Positions 55,465 through 64,000 of a stretch of DNA of 64,000 nt are shown here, piece by piece. The notes under the pieces are model-generated. The model saw nothing but the letters and a program-made list of their open reading frames with translations, had not been told where the DNA came from and did no database searches. The number at the start of each line of letters is the position of its first letter. The first letter of the stretch is position 1. Origin of the DNA: an uncultured Candidatus Saccharibacteria bacterium (GTDB lineage Bacteria > Patescibacteriota > Saccharimonadia > Saccharimonadales > Saccharimonadaceae). Where the stretch lies: assembly GCA_946406315.1 (NCBI GenBank), contig CAMJKD010000002.1, positions 62,933 through 126,932 on the forward strand, written 5' to 3'. A program made the position numbers and the translations under genes.

Positions 55465-55975
55465 CCGAAATATCGTTGCCTTGTGTTTTACAAAAATAAG
55501 AAGATATTTATTGGGAAAATTTTGCGGGAACTCTGCGAATGGAAAGGAGTGAATATTGTGGAGGCTGAAACATGCCCCGACCATATTCATATGCTCGTAG
55601 AGATCCTGCCAAAATTTTCTGTCTCGAGTTTCATGGGATATCTGAAAGGTAAAAGTAGCACAATGCTCTATGAACAGTTCGGCGAGCTGGGAGAAAATAG
55701 ATGCACCCGTAGTTCCAACAAGCGCAGGGATGACGAAGAATCCGGACACGGCAGTTACGACGCCGGCGATATATTGCGTGCTGTTTGGGGCGTTGTCGGC
55801 GGTGATTGGGTAGGTTGCGCGCAAAAGATTGGGTCAAATATAAGCTTGACTATTTTAATGTCTATTTTATGATATAATATGGACATTAAAGGAGGCAGAT
55901 GAAAATGAATGACAAAGAGTTAAAAAAAACGATCTGTCACAATGCCGGTATATATGCAGACATTGTCTTCTGAAG

Positions 55976-56497
55976 ATGACGATGACGATAACAATAAGTA
56001 AAAAGGTCATTAATGGAAAAAATGAGTTCATCCAAGGTAAAGCTGAGGTAATAGATTCTCTATCTAATATACGGAAAGCTTCAAGTGACAGCTATAACAT
56101 GACGCAGGAGAGCTTAACTAATAGTTTATTTACGGCTGCAACTGCATATATTGCAATTATTTTAGCGTTTGCTAATAATATGCAAAATACCGTAAAGGAT
56201 TACTCATGGATTATAGTAGCTAGCATATTGGCTTTCTCTGTTTCTTTAATTCCATGGGCGGTTGAAAAAATAATTGCCAGCATAGCGCATGGGAAAAATA
56301 TAGCGATTAGTTCGAAATTGTCAAATATCGCAATCAACGATGTATGGGACAAAAAAGAGCTTGTTGTATTGGATAAGATTGCCGCAAAGCTATTGCATGG
56401 CGGAAAGACTAGTATTATTCCAATTTTACTTCAAATAGCACTTTTTTCCATCGGTGTTATATTTGCCGTAATAGCTATAATGATTGCCTTATTGTAA
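55976..56497 (+). CDS. membrane protein of unknown function
   Basis: 173 aa with 3-4 TM segments, convergent with the 848-aa gene. Confidence 0.45.
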   Translation: MTMTITISKKVINGKNEFIQGKAEVIDSLSNIRKASSDSYNMTQESLTNSLFTAATAYIAIILAFANNMQNTVKDYSWIIVASILAFSVSLIPWAVEKIIASIAHGKNIAISSKLSNIAINDVWDKKELVVLDKIAAKLLHGGKTSIIPILLQIALFSIGVIFAVIAIMIALL

Positions 56498-56940
56498 TTT
56501 ATTAATGCTGTTTCATAGGAACCCTAATAATAATTGAGGCTACTATGGCGAGATATATATTTTCACAAAGCGTGCTCGTGGTATTTTAAAAAAGGGTAAT
56601 TTCTAGAGCCACAATTGGTAATCGTAGTGAAATATTAAATTGATTAAGAACGATTACTGAAAAATGCTGGCTTTTTGAGATTTTTGGCGGACATGGCGCG
56701 TGAAGATATTTTTCAAAAGTAAATTTCTTCTAATAATAGTAAGCTCGATATAGTCGGCTAGAATGGCTGATGGGGTATGATGGGGTAAGAAACTGTTTTT
56801 TACTAGAGGCGTTATGTAAATAGCTGAATTATAACGACTGAACGATAAATGGCGCAGATATCGGGGGCTTGGTTAAAATAACGACCTAGATCAGATAGTG
56901 AAAAAAGAATTATATTTCGAGTGATTATTATGGCGATTCA

Positions 56941-59487
56941 CTAATCGTATGTGACGGATCTCTTCTTAAGATGCTCTGTCATTCTATTGATATCGTTTTC
57001 AAATTCTTTTGCTATATTTCTATATAATCTCGCTGTGTTTTGGTATCCTATCGCGTCAATTTCATTAGCGGCCTGATTCCAGATTTTAATTAGGTCTTTT
57101 TCCTCTTCAAATTTTTCATCTACCGAAATAACACCCCTTGAATTTGTTACGCCGATAGCAAAACCGTTACGATATTCCGCGTTTTCTTCTTTATTGAGCA
57201 ATTCTAGATAATATTTTTCACTTTGAGGTTCGTGGCAGTTGTTTGATGCCAAATTCTGCCCAATTGCATTTTGAACTGCGACCAATTTATTTTCGTCGTT
57301 TTTGTAATGAGACTCTACGCTATTAATCCACATTTTTAGTCTATTTTTTGTAACTTTATTATACTTATTAATACCTGGACGTATGTGTAGATTATGGGTT
57401 ATTTTATAATATTGGAAGGAATTATTGTTTTTGGTATATAGCAGGTCGTACATAGCATAAAATACCTCTGGAGCTTTGCCTAGTAATGATATTAAACTAC
57501 TAGGTGTATTTTTTTTATCCCATTCATTAAATAGTGATATGAATTTTAACTCTACCATGGCTAGCTGATATTCTGGGCATTTTTTACTTTTTAGGTAATT
57601 AATAATATCTAATATTTCGTAACCATGCCTATAGTCAACATATTCGCCGTTTTTTACTGAGTAATTAAGTAACGTAGTGATTATTAAGTCTGTTTTTATA
57701 TCAATACTTCTAAGTATGGCAATTGATAGTATCTCTACGGATATTGAACTCCTTTTTACCTTGTTTAGCATGTGTACTGAATATTCTATCTCTTTCGCAT
57801 CCCAATTGGCTTGCGGATAAATATTTGCTTTTTTCCAATACAGTCTTTCTATATGGTCTTTCCTTGCTGTATGCCAAACAGACATATCTGGCCTCGCGCA
57901 TAATAAAACTTTAAGTTTTGTTGCCTTATCTTGCTGATTGTATGAAATGGTTTTTAGTCCTTGGTCTATCGTCTCTTTTTCGCAGATTTGATATGTTAGC
58001 CCTTCTGCAAATCTTTTTTCTTTTTTATTGGTAGAATTTAGCAATTGATATAGTCTCGGTAGAAATTCATTTCTAATTTTAGAATTTCCTACGGCATATG
58101 AAACTTTATCTGTATACTTTGACAGATGAACCAGCGACATTATTTTATCGATTCCTCCGTTTTCGTAAATGTCCATAATAGCTTCTACTAATTTGTTGTG
58201 TATTCTGTCAATTTGTTCCGTATATCTTTCTTTTTTGTTTGTTAACTCATAATCCGGTTGGTCAAAAAGAATTTTTGCCCTAAAGAAGACATCTTTTGGT
58301 TCATATATGTCGCATAGCTCGTCTATTAAGTTGATTGTTGGGGTATTTTTTGTTTTATTTTTGGCTATTATCAAATGTTGCCATATGCTATTTTTATTAT
58401 CTTCCGGCTGGTCCGTTAAGCTTTTTGCTAAAAATGCTTCACGAACATTGACTAGATATCTTTCATTGATGTATGGGATTTCGTTTAATAAAATGAATAT
58501 ATTCCTACGATTACTTGTTGCCTTAATGAATGCTTGCGCATATAAGTCAAAATGATTCCAACAGTTTTTGTTGATTCCGTTTTGATTTAGAGATATAGCG
58601 TTTTTATATAATGCACCATCTTTTAGCCATGTTGGTCTCATTAAGTCGAACCATGACCTATAGTTGTTAGGAAGCAATCTTTTATATATATATAGTTTAT
58701 CTTGATTGTTAGATATCGTTTTAAGTATTGCGTTTGGGATGTCTTTTTCTGGAAAATTCGTTTGAGGTCGATAGGGGTTAATAATGCTTACGATTGTGTT
58801 TAGGCTTTTATTCTCTTTTGTATCTTTTTCTTTTTTCGATAGTTTTTGTAGCAGTTGTATGCATTGAGTGAAAAACTCTTCGCTATATGCCAGAATTTGC
58901 ATTGAGAGCCGTATTTCGTACAACGAATCGTCTGTGAACGAGAACACAGTTTTGGTTTGTTGATTTAGTATCGAAATAAGCTCATCATTGTCTATCACTT
59001 TTTTGATCGTATCAATGTATAATTGCGAGTTGATTTGTGCGAGCGTATGTAGGTTTTTGCGATTTGTATACCAAAATTTCCAATTATTTAAATTAGCGTT
59101 ATATAGGTTTTTTAGCGATTCGGTAATGTTTTTCTGGATGTATGATGTGCTACAATTCCTAAACTGCTCCTGATTGTTATATAGTACGGCTAACGATTCC
59201 GTAACTGTTTTTCTTAGATTTTCAGAATATATAGGCTCGATGTTGTTGAGGAGCCTATGCGCTTCTCTATTTTTTGGTTCATATTCGAGACTAGGGTCTG
59301 AATATCCGATCACTTTTATTGCCTTGGCGACGAAAGCGTCTATTATGGTATCTGTAATGGAGTCTCGATATTCTAATATATAGCTACTATGGTGCGGTAC
59401 ATAATAGTCTTTATTTAGTTTATTTATACCGTTACTCGCGGTTATTCTATCGAGTTTTTTCTTTGCGTTAGTATTGTCTATTTCCAT
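56941..59487 (-). CDS. 848-aa protein of unknown function (predicted mostly alpha-helical), second gene of a two-gene operon
   Basis: Uninterrupted 2.5-kb ORF in 32%-GC DNA. Its start lies 3 nt after the stop codon of the 312-aa ORF. I could not find Walker A/B, DExH, HNH or GIY motifs. Confidence 0.6.
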   Translation of the reverse strand: MEIDNTNAKKKLDRITASNGINKLNKDYYVPHHSSYILEYRDSITDTIIDAFVAKAIKVIGYSDPSLEYEPKNREAHRLLNNIEPIYSENLRKTVTESLAVLYNNQEQFRNCSTSYIQKNITESLKNLYNANLNNWKFWYTNRKNLHTLAQINSQLYIDTIKKVIDNDELISILNQQTKTVFSFTDDSLYEIRLSMQILAYSEEFFTQCIQLLQKLSKKEKDTKENKSLNTIVSIINPYRPQTNFPEKDIPNAILKTISNNQDKLYIYKRLLPNNYRSWFDLMRPTWLKDGALYKNAISLNQNGINKNCWNHFDLYAQAFIKATSNRRNIFILLNEIPYINERYLVNVREAFLAKSLTDQPEDNKNSIWQHLIIAKNKTKNTPTINLIDELCDIYEPKDVFFRAKILFDQPDYELTNKKERYTEQIDRIHNKLVEAIMDIYENGGIDKIMSLVHLSKYTDKVSYAVGNSKIRNEFLPRLYQLLNSTNKKEKRFAEGLTYQICEKETIDQGLKTISYNQQDKATKLKVLLCARPDMSVWHTARKDHIERLYWKKANIYPQANWDAKEIEYSVHMLNKVKRSSISVEILSIAILRSIDIKTDLIITTLLNYSVKNGEYVDYRHGYEILDIINYLKSKKCPEYQLAMVELKFISLFNEWDKKNTPSSLISLLGKAPEVFYAMYDLLYTKNNNSFQYYKITHNLHIRPGINKYNKVTKNRLKMWINSVESHYKNDENKLVAVQNAIGQNLASNNCHEPQSEKYYLELLNKEENAEYRNGFAIGVTNSRGVISVDEKFEEEKDLIKIWNQAANEIDAIGYQNTARLYRNIAKEFENDINRMTEHLKKRSVTYD

Positions 59488-59490
59488 ATA

Positions 59491-60429
59491 TTATCCTATC
59501 TCTTGATCTAGCTCATCGAATAATTCAAGATCGCCTTTTTTACTTGAATCGATTCCACCTAATAGGATCGTCGCTAAATTTGTGGGCTCTATTGCTAGTT
59601 GTTTTTGCTTCAAGACTGCGCTGTTTACTAAAAATTTCTCGCATATTTCCAATAGCTGTAATGGCGGCTCGTTTATATCTATGCTGTTTGATATGTTGTC
59701 GCTATTTGTAATTATGTCCTTAAGTAGTATCCATATACTATGTGGGTCTATTCCATCTCTGCAGTTATCTCTAATTATGCTATATATTAGTGAGAGTATT
59801 CCCGGATATCCTTTTTTGTCTATAGTTTGTCGTATATCCATTGATAAAATATCGAAATTTCTTAATAATATATACACATCATCATCTGTTGCGTCTATTT
59901 TTTTCTTTTTTAGGGCTTCTTTGATTGTTTTTAGTGCTGATTCTTCGGCACTATCCCTATTCCCCAGCAGGAATGCTTCTTTGTAGCTGTGTGTGTTTTT
60001 TGCGATGTTGGCTATTCTTATTAAAGAGCTCTTTTTAGCGTCGATTGATCGAGTCGCCAATAAAACTATATCGTTTTCTTGATTAAAAAAATCTCCATTT
60101 ATATCTACATACGCGTTTTTGATAACATCATTAAATTGAGAACTCTTTACCTCAATCTCCTCCTTAATATTAACGAGTATTTTAATGTCGCGCGAACCAA
60201 CGTTTGCATACGCAACTAAGTCGTCAGTATTATATCTTGGGCCATATTCGCCATCATGTTGCTTATATTGAAAAACTAATTTATTTATTTTTGTATTTGG
60301 GTCAATAAAAGGTGGAGTTTTTCCTAGTATCATTATTAATAAAAAATATGCTTGTATTATGTGCTCAAAATCTATTCCTGGAATGGCGGTCATTGATGCT
60401 GGATATTGATTTGCTGGATGCCGACTCAT
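59491..60429 (-). CDS. 312-aa protein of unknown function with a possible N-terminal PD-(D/E)xK (Mrr-cat/DUF4297-like) pattern
   Basis: PGIDFEHIIQAYFLLIMILG ... TDDLVAYANVGSRDIKILVNIKEE resembles the GxxFE...D-D...[IV]x[IV]K nuclease pattern. The remainder appears helical. There is no SD sequence upstream. Confidence 0.55.
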   Translation of the reverse strand: MSRHPANQYPASMTAIPGIDFEHIIQAYFLLIMILGKTPPFIDPNTKINKLVFQYKQHDGEYGPRYNTDDLVAYANVGSRDIKILVNIKEEIEVKSSQFNDVIKNAYVDINGDFFNQENDIVLLATRSIDAKKSSLIRIANIAKNTHSYKEAFLLGNRDSAEESALKTIKEALKKKKIDATDDDVYILLRNFDILSMDIRQTIDKKGYPGILSLIYSIIRDNCRDGIDPHSIWILLKDIITNSDNISNSIDINEPPLQLLEICEKFLVNSAVLKQKQLAIEPTNLATILLGGIDSSKKGDLELFDELDQEIG

Positions 60430-60435
60430 ATATTC

Positions 60436-60464
60436 AGTATAAACTAACGATTGAGTTAATGTAA
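60436..60464 (-). promoter_or_regulatory. candidate promoter that would give a leaderless transcript for the 312-aa ORF
   Basis: On the minus strand: TTACAT, 17 nt, TATACT, 6 nt, ATG. No RBS lies between them. Confidence 0.25.
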
Positions 60465-60487
60465 TGAGATGAAAAAATCAGGACAGT

Positions 60488-60676
60488 ATTACTTGCACTT
60501 AATTTTCGGAAAGGAATTTTGATTATTTTCCTGTTTTTGACATTTTGATTTCCGAGTGCGAGGGGGTGTGAGAATTATGCTAGATATAATAAAGTTTTGC
60601 ATGCTTAAGGTGTCCTATTAGGAATGACAAGAGAGGGTGTTGCCAGGTCGGACTAATATTTTTGTCTGCCGCTTCA
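60488..60676 (+). repeat. direct repeat copy B (about 189 bp, GT2-derived)
   Basis: Roughly 90% identical by eye to 52371-52557. Confidence 0.8.
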
Positions 60677-60949
60677 GCAATAGTACTGAGGGATTAGCGA
60701 AGTTCGATGTTACTGATGTCCTGAGCGTATAGGCGCAGGCGATTTCGGCGCCTTTGTCGACAAAGCATCCTTAGTGTCGGTTACGGTGTCTAGCGTTTTT
60801 TGAGATTTTTGGCAAGGCCTATATCTCAACCACATCACCGCCCAAATAGTCTTCCATTACTTTGCAGATGGCGATGGATTCTTCTTCGGTGACGTAGCTA
60901 TAATTAGTTTTGCCGTCTTGAGAGCCCATAGTAAAGGCGACTAATTCAT

Positions 60950-61169
60950 TTTAGTGGATGACGGTTCGCCGGATAATTGTGGCGCAATTTGCAATCGGTA
61001 TGCTGCTAAAAATAAAGAATTCGCTCAATTCGATAAGGTCTTATTCGCTTATACCACCTTATTAAGGATGGCTAAATATGGCGTCGCTGGGTCTAAAAGA
61101 TACAGCAAGCAAAAAAGCCGAGTTATCAAGAATAGTGAAAGATGGAGAGAAAATCTTCAAAAAATATAA
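60950..61169 (+). pseudogene. chimeric GT2 remnant
   Basis: VDDGSPDNCGAICNRYAAKNK is homologous, at nucleotide level too, to 51838-51905. It then jumps to an unrelated tail, and the upstream GT2 start is missing. Confidence 0.5.
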
Positions 61170-61229
61170 CCATACCGTGAAACGGGCCATCTTTAGGTCA
61201 ATAGTGAAAATATATTATAGAGTATAGAT

Positions 61230-61691
61230 TTATTTGGTCTTTGAGCTTTTATGCTCGTCTGAAGTTTCAGGTATTTGATTTTTGGAGTTGTCTGGGTTTT
61301 GTAGTCCGAGATCCTTTTTGATTTTTGTAGTTGAAATACCTTCTGTGCGTGGTAGATAAATAACGTCGCAGACATCGCGGAGGCATTCGAAGTTTTCGTT
61401 GCCTTCCCAGTCAGAGCCCATAACTACTGCGTCGATATGGTATTCTTTGACGTCATTATGTTTTTGCTCCCAAGTTTTTTCTGGAATTACTAAGTCTACG
61501 TACCTTACGGCTTCGAGCATCTTTTTTCGAGTCTCGTAGTCATGGTAGGCTTTTTTATGTTTTATAGCGTTAAATTCGTCGGTAGATACTGCGACAACTA
61601 GATAATCGCCGAGCGCTTTGGCACGGCGAAGTATTTCGATGTGACCAAAATGGAGTAAATCGAAGGTGCCGTATGTTAGGATTCGTTTCAT
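61230..61691 (-). CDS. tagD: glycerol-3-phosphate cytidylyltransferase
   Basis: MKRILTYGTFDLLHFGHIEILRRAK (HxGH) and RTEGISTT motifs. The C-terminal tail is slightly extended. Confidence 0.9.
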   Translation of the reverse strand: MKRILTYGTFDLLHFGHIEILRRAKALGDYLVVAVSTDEFNAIKHKKAYHDYETRKKMLEAVRYVDLVIPEKTWEQKHNDVKEYHIDAVVMGSDWEGNENFECLRDVCDVIYLPRTEGISTTKIKKDLGLQNPDNSKNQIPETSDEHKSSKTK

Positions 61692-61743
61692 TTATGTATT
61701 ATACCATATTTCTCACAAATATGGTAATGTTGAGATGCTAGTA

Positions 61744-62895
61744 TTAATTGATTATTTCATCAATGTATTTTGCGGCTTCGCCGCACTTTTCAATGAATTT
61801 ATTTTTAAATTTAACAGTCCGTTTTTTCTGATTGGCGAGGTTGATTGTTTTAATTTTGCGAATTATTTCGTCTTCAGTCTTCTGAATACCATTCGGCAAA
61901 GTTTTATTTAAGTCGAAGTATAATCCGCGCTTTTCGTCGTATTCTTCTAAATCATAGCCGTATGCGAAAATGGGACGTTCAAGAATGGAATAGTCAATCA
62001 TAATACTGGAATAGTCAGAAACCAATATATCTGATGCTATCATTAATTCATTCAGGTTTTCGTATGCAGTCGCATTTTTAACGAAGTCGTCATATTTTAT
62101 ATTGGCTACTTTGCTTACGGCATAATGAGCACGAAAAAGTATTACATATTCTTTCGATAATGCTTTTCGCCATTTCTCGATATCGAAAGGTGGAGCTAGA
62201 TAGTTTCCCTTAGTATCAGTGGCGTAGTCTCTAAAAGTAGGTGCGTATAGGATAATTTTCTTATTTTTAGGTATATTTAGCTTTTGTCGAATATCTGAGA
62301 TTTGTTTATCGGTAACATGTGCCAGTTCGTCATTTCTTGGCAAACCTACAATACGCATGCATGATTCTGGATATCTAAATGCGCGTACAAAAGTTTCTTT
62401 ATCATATTCACTTTGACAATAGAAAATGTCTGGTTTTGATACCTTGTATTTCTTGGTAGTTTCCCCAGTATCGTAGCCCATCTTCTTTAATGCCGTGCCG
62501 TGCCAAGTATCTATGTAGATGGTTTTCTTTTTCTTGAATTTAAGGCCACGCTCCATGGATGAGTTAGTGATCCAATATTTAGCTTTCAAGGCTGTCTTGA
62601 AGAATTTTATTGAGTTATTTTTAACCCATTTTATGTTTTTTGGTGCGTTTTTTGGCTGCCCATCGAAAGCCCAAATAATTTGATAGTCGTCATATTTGGG
62701 GTTAGATTTTATGTACTCATAGATAGCTCTTGGTGAATCGTTGTATTTTGCGCCGCCGTATGAATTTATTAGTATTAGTTTTTTGTCTATTCGCAAAAAC
62801 AATCCCCAAAAATGCAGGAACGTAGAAAGTATCCTATTGTACAGGAAATATGCAGTTTTTGATCCTTTTAGAACCCATTTGATTTTATTGTTCAT
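61744..62895 (-). CDS. CDP-glycerol glycerophosphotransferase (TagB/TagF family)
   Basis: ILYAPTFRD, SDILVSDYSSIMIDY and the conserved DTWHGT histidine block. Confidence 0.85.
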   Translation of the reverse strand: MNNKIKWVLKGSKTAYFLYNRILSTFLHFWGLFLRIDKKLILINSYGGAKYNDSPRAIYEYIKSNPKYDDYQIIWAFDGQPKNAPKNIKWVKNNSIKFFKTALKAKYWITNSSMERGLKFKKKKTIYIDTWHGTALKKMGYDTGETTKKYKVSKPDIFYCQSEYDKETFVRAFRYPESCMRIVGLPRNDELAHVTDKQISDIRQKLNIPKNKKIILYAPTFRDYATDTKGNYLAPPFDIEKWRKALSKEYVILFRAHYAVSKVANIKYDDFVKNATAYENLNELMIASDILVSDYSSIMIDYSILERPIFAYGYDLEEYDEKRGLYFDLNKTLPNGIQKTEDEIIRKIKTINLANQKKRTVKFKNKFIEKCGEAAKYIDEIIN

Positions 62896-64000
62896 GTTTC
62901 TTTACCTTTTTATGAATCATTTTTTTGAGATTTATTATCCAGTAATCGCGCATAAGTATCATTTCTAGGAAGTAAATAGTGAACCCTATTATTATGAGTC
63001 CGATTGTATGTAGCATTGTAGGTGATGAAAATATGTTTTGTCGAAGAAGAAATAGCGTTACGCCCATTATCATAGCGGCAATTAGGTATTTGGATAAGCT
63101 TATCAAAAATGAGCTTATATTGAAGTATTTTTGACTTATTGTCATGTAGGTTATACATTTAAATAGTTCTGACAATAAAGTGGCTACGGCCGCTCCATAA
63201 GATAGATATTTTGGTATGAGGATTGCGTTCAATGCTAGATTAATTATGGTCGAAATAATATTTACGATTAGTATTGTTTTTTCTTTATTTAGTGCTAACA
63301 GAGTTTGAGTGCCTATGAGATCGCTGATTCCCATGAAAATATACATTGGCGCAAATATTTTTAGCAATATTATTATCTTTTCATATCCTTCACCATAAAA
63401 CCATGGAACTAAGGAATTGCTAATTATGATGCACCCGATAGCTATTGGGGCGGACAATAAACACAGTACGCTTAGTCCTTTATTAATATATTTTTTAAAC
63501 GCTTCTTTATTTCCTTGACTATATAATGCTGTAAGGCGAGGCATCAAGACTGCACCCAGAGAGGTAATAACCGCCAAGCTTACGGTGACTATTTTCTGTG
63601 ACTGCTCATAATATCCCACTTCTGACATGTTATTAGTCATAGCTCCTAGCATAGTTTTGTCAATAACTGCGTAAATGGCAGTAACCATGCTTGGCAATAG
63701 TATAAACGCTGCCGGCTTTAGGTGTTTTAATGTGTTTTTAAAGCTTGGTAATTTGAAATGAATTATTTTTTTTGAATTTATGAATAACCATAAGTTGCAT
63801 ACTAGATTCGTTGCCATTAAAGAAAAAGCATATGTATACAAACCAGTTTCGTCTTTTACTAAGAGAAATATCAGTAAGATACTTATTGCCTTAAATATAA
63901 TGCTTCGTTTGACTATTGTACTAAAATCTTCTATTCCCTGGAATAGCCAGGAAACGTCAAATAATGCCGCAAAAATACCAATTCCGCACATCATAAACAT
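62885..64000 (-). CDS. Wzx-type polysaccharide flippase (MOP superfamily), partial; N-terminus lies beyond the window
   Basis: The ORF is open to the window edge, has more than 10 TM segments, and sits in a polysaccharide locus overlapping the tagF-like start. Confidence 0.7.
   Translation of the reverse strand: MFMMCGIGIFAALFDVSWLFQGIEDFSTIVKRSIIFKAISILLIFLLVKDETGLYTYAFSLMATNLVCNLWLFINSKKIIHFKLPSFKNTLKHLKPAAFILLPSMVTAIYAVIDKTMLGAMTNNMSEVGYYEQSQKIVTVSLAVITSLGAVLMPRLTALYSQGNKEAFKKYINKGLSVLCLLSAPIAIGCIIISNSLVPWFYGEGYEKIIILLKIFAPMYIFMGISDLIGTQTLLALNKEKTILIVNIISTIINLALNAILIPKYLSYGAAVATLLSELFKCITYMTISQKYFNISSFLISLSKYLIAAMIMGVTLFLLRQNIFSSPTMLHTIGLIIIGFTIYFLEMILMRDYWIINLKKMIHKKVKKHEQ

Larger units (their letters stand above)
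54413..55690 (+). mobile_element. IS200-type element remnant (Y1 transposase TnpA), interrupted and 3'-truncated
   Basis: A perfect 18-bp inverted repeat (54413-54430 / 54467-54484) covers the RBS. TnpA pieces are SLSHTKWNCKYHLVFAPKY (54503-54559) and APKYRCLVFYKNKKIFIGKILRELCEWKGVNIVEAETCPDHIHMLVEILPKFSVSSFMGYLKGKSS (55462 onward). Similarity ends near 55690. Confidence 0.65.

Noticed and set aside
55405-55824. 139-aa minus-strand ORF.
   Set aside because: It is a chimera. Its first 45 or so codons lie in a GC-rich fragment, and the rest is antisense to the IS200 tnpA remnant.
52371-60676. Repeats considered as a possible CRISPR or other array.
   Set aside because: There are only two copies, each 187-189 bp long and derived from coding GT2 sequence. 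There is no short repeat-spacer periodicity anywhere in the window.
60819-60929. 36-aa minus-strand ORF (MGSQDGKTNYSYVTEEESIAICKVMEDYLGGDVVEI).
   Set aside because: It is too short, has no clear RBS, and lies in scrambled remnant DNA. It cannot be supported.

Overview
The window comes from a compact bacterial genome. I counted about 50% GC by hand in one 60-nt sample of a core gene. Envelope genes are Gram-positive in type: LCP, CpsB/C/D, TagD/TagF and a sortase-like sorting signal. The gene style could fit a Saccharibacteria/Patescibacteria-like or Firmicute-like organism, but taxonomy cannot be verified here.

Positions 1-43.7 kb are mostly housekeeping and envelope genes:
- Core genes: tdk (partial), a PP2C phosphatase, hisS, tRNA-Phe, glyA, recR, ybaB, dnaB, dnaX, an aquaporin, rplL and rplJ, and rlmH.
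- Enzymes and surface proteins: a 1055-aa peptidoglycan hydrolase with four catalytic modules, a GH97 glycosidase, an LRR surface protein and an ADP-ribosylglycohydrolase.
- A cell-surface polysaccharide block: a CpsB phosphatase, a fused CpsC/D tyrosine kinase, an LCP protein, an opine-dehydrogenase-like enzyme, a cytidylyltransferase-aminotransferase fusion and galE.

The polysaccharide locus resumes at 61.2-64 kb with tagD, a TagF-like transferase and a Wzx flippase (partial).

Between these two halves (about 43.7-61.2 kb) lies a low-GC, heavily rearranged accessory island. It contains:
- remnants of a second galE copy and of GT2 genes;
- a truncated IS30 transposase, and an IS1595 element nested inside an IS200 remnant;
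- a PIN toxin-antitoxin pair, a zeta-like kinase, a HIRAN protein, an OLD-family nuclease and a RelA/SpoT-type (CapRel-like) protein;
- short high-GC foreign fragments;
- an AT-rich, translationally coupled two-gene operon (312 aa + 848 aa) with no family I can recognise. This is the best candidate for an undescribed conflict/defence system.

I found no rRNA genes and no CRISPR array.
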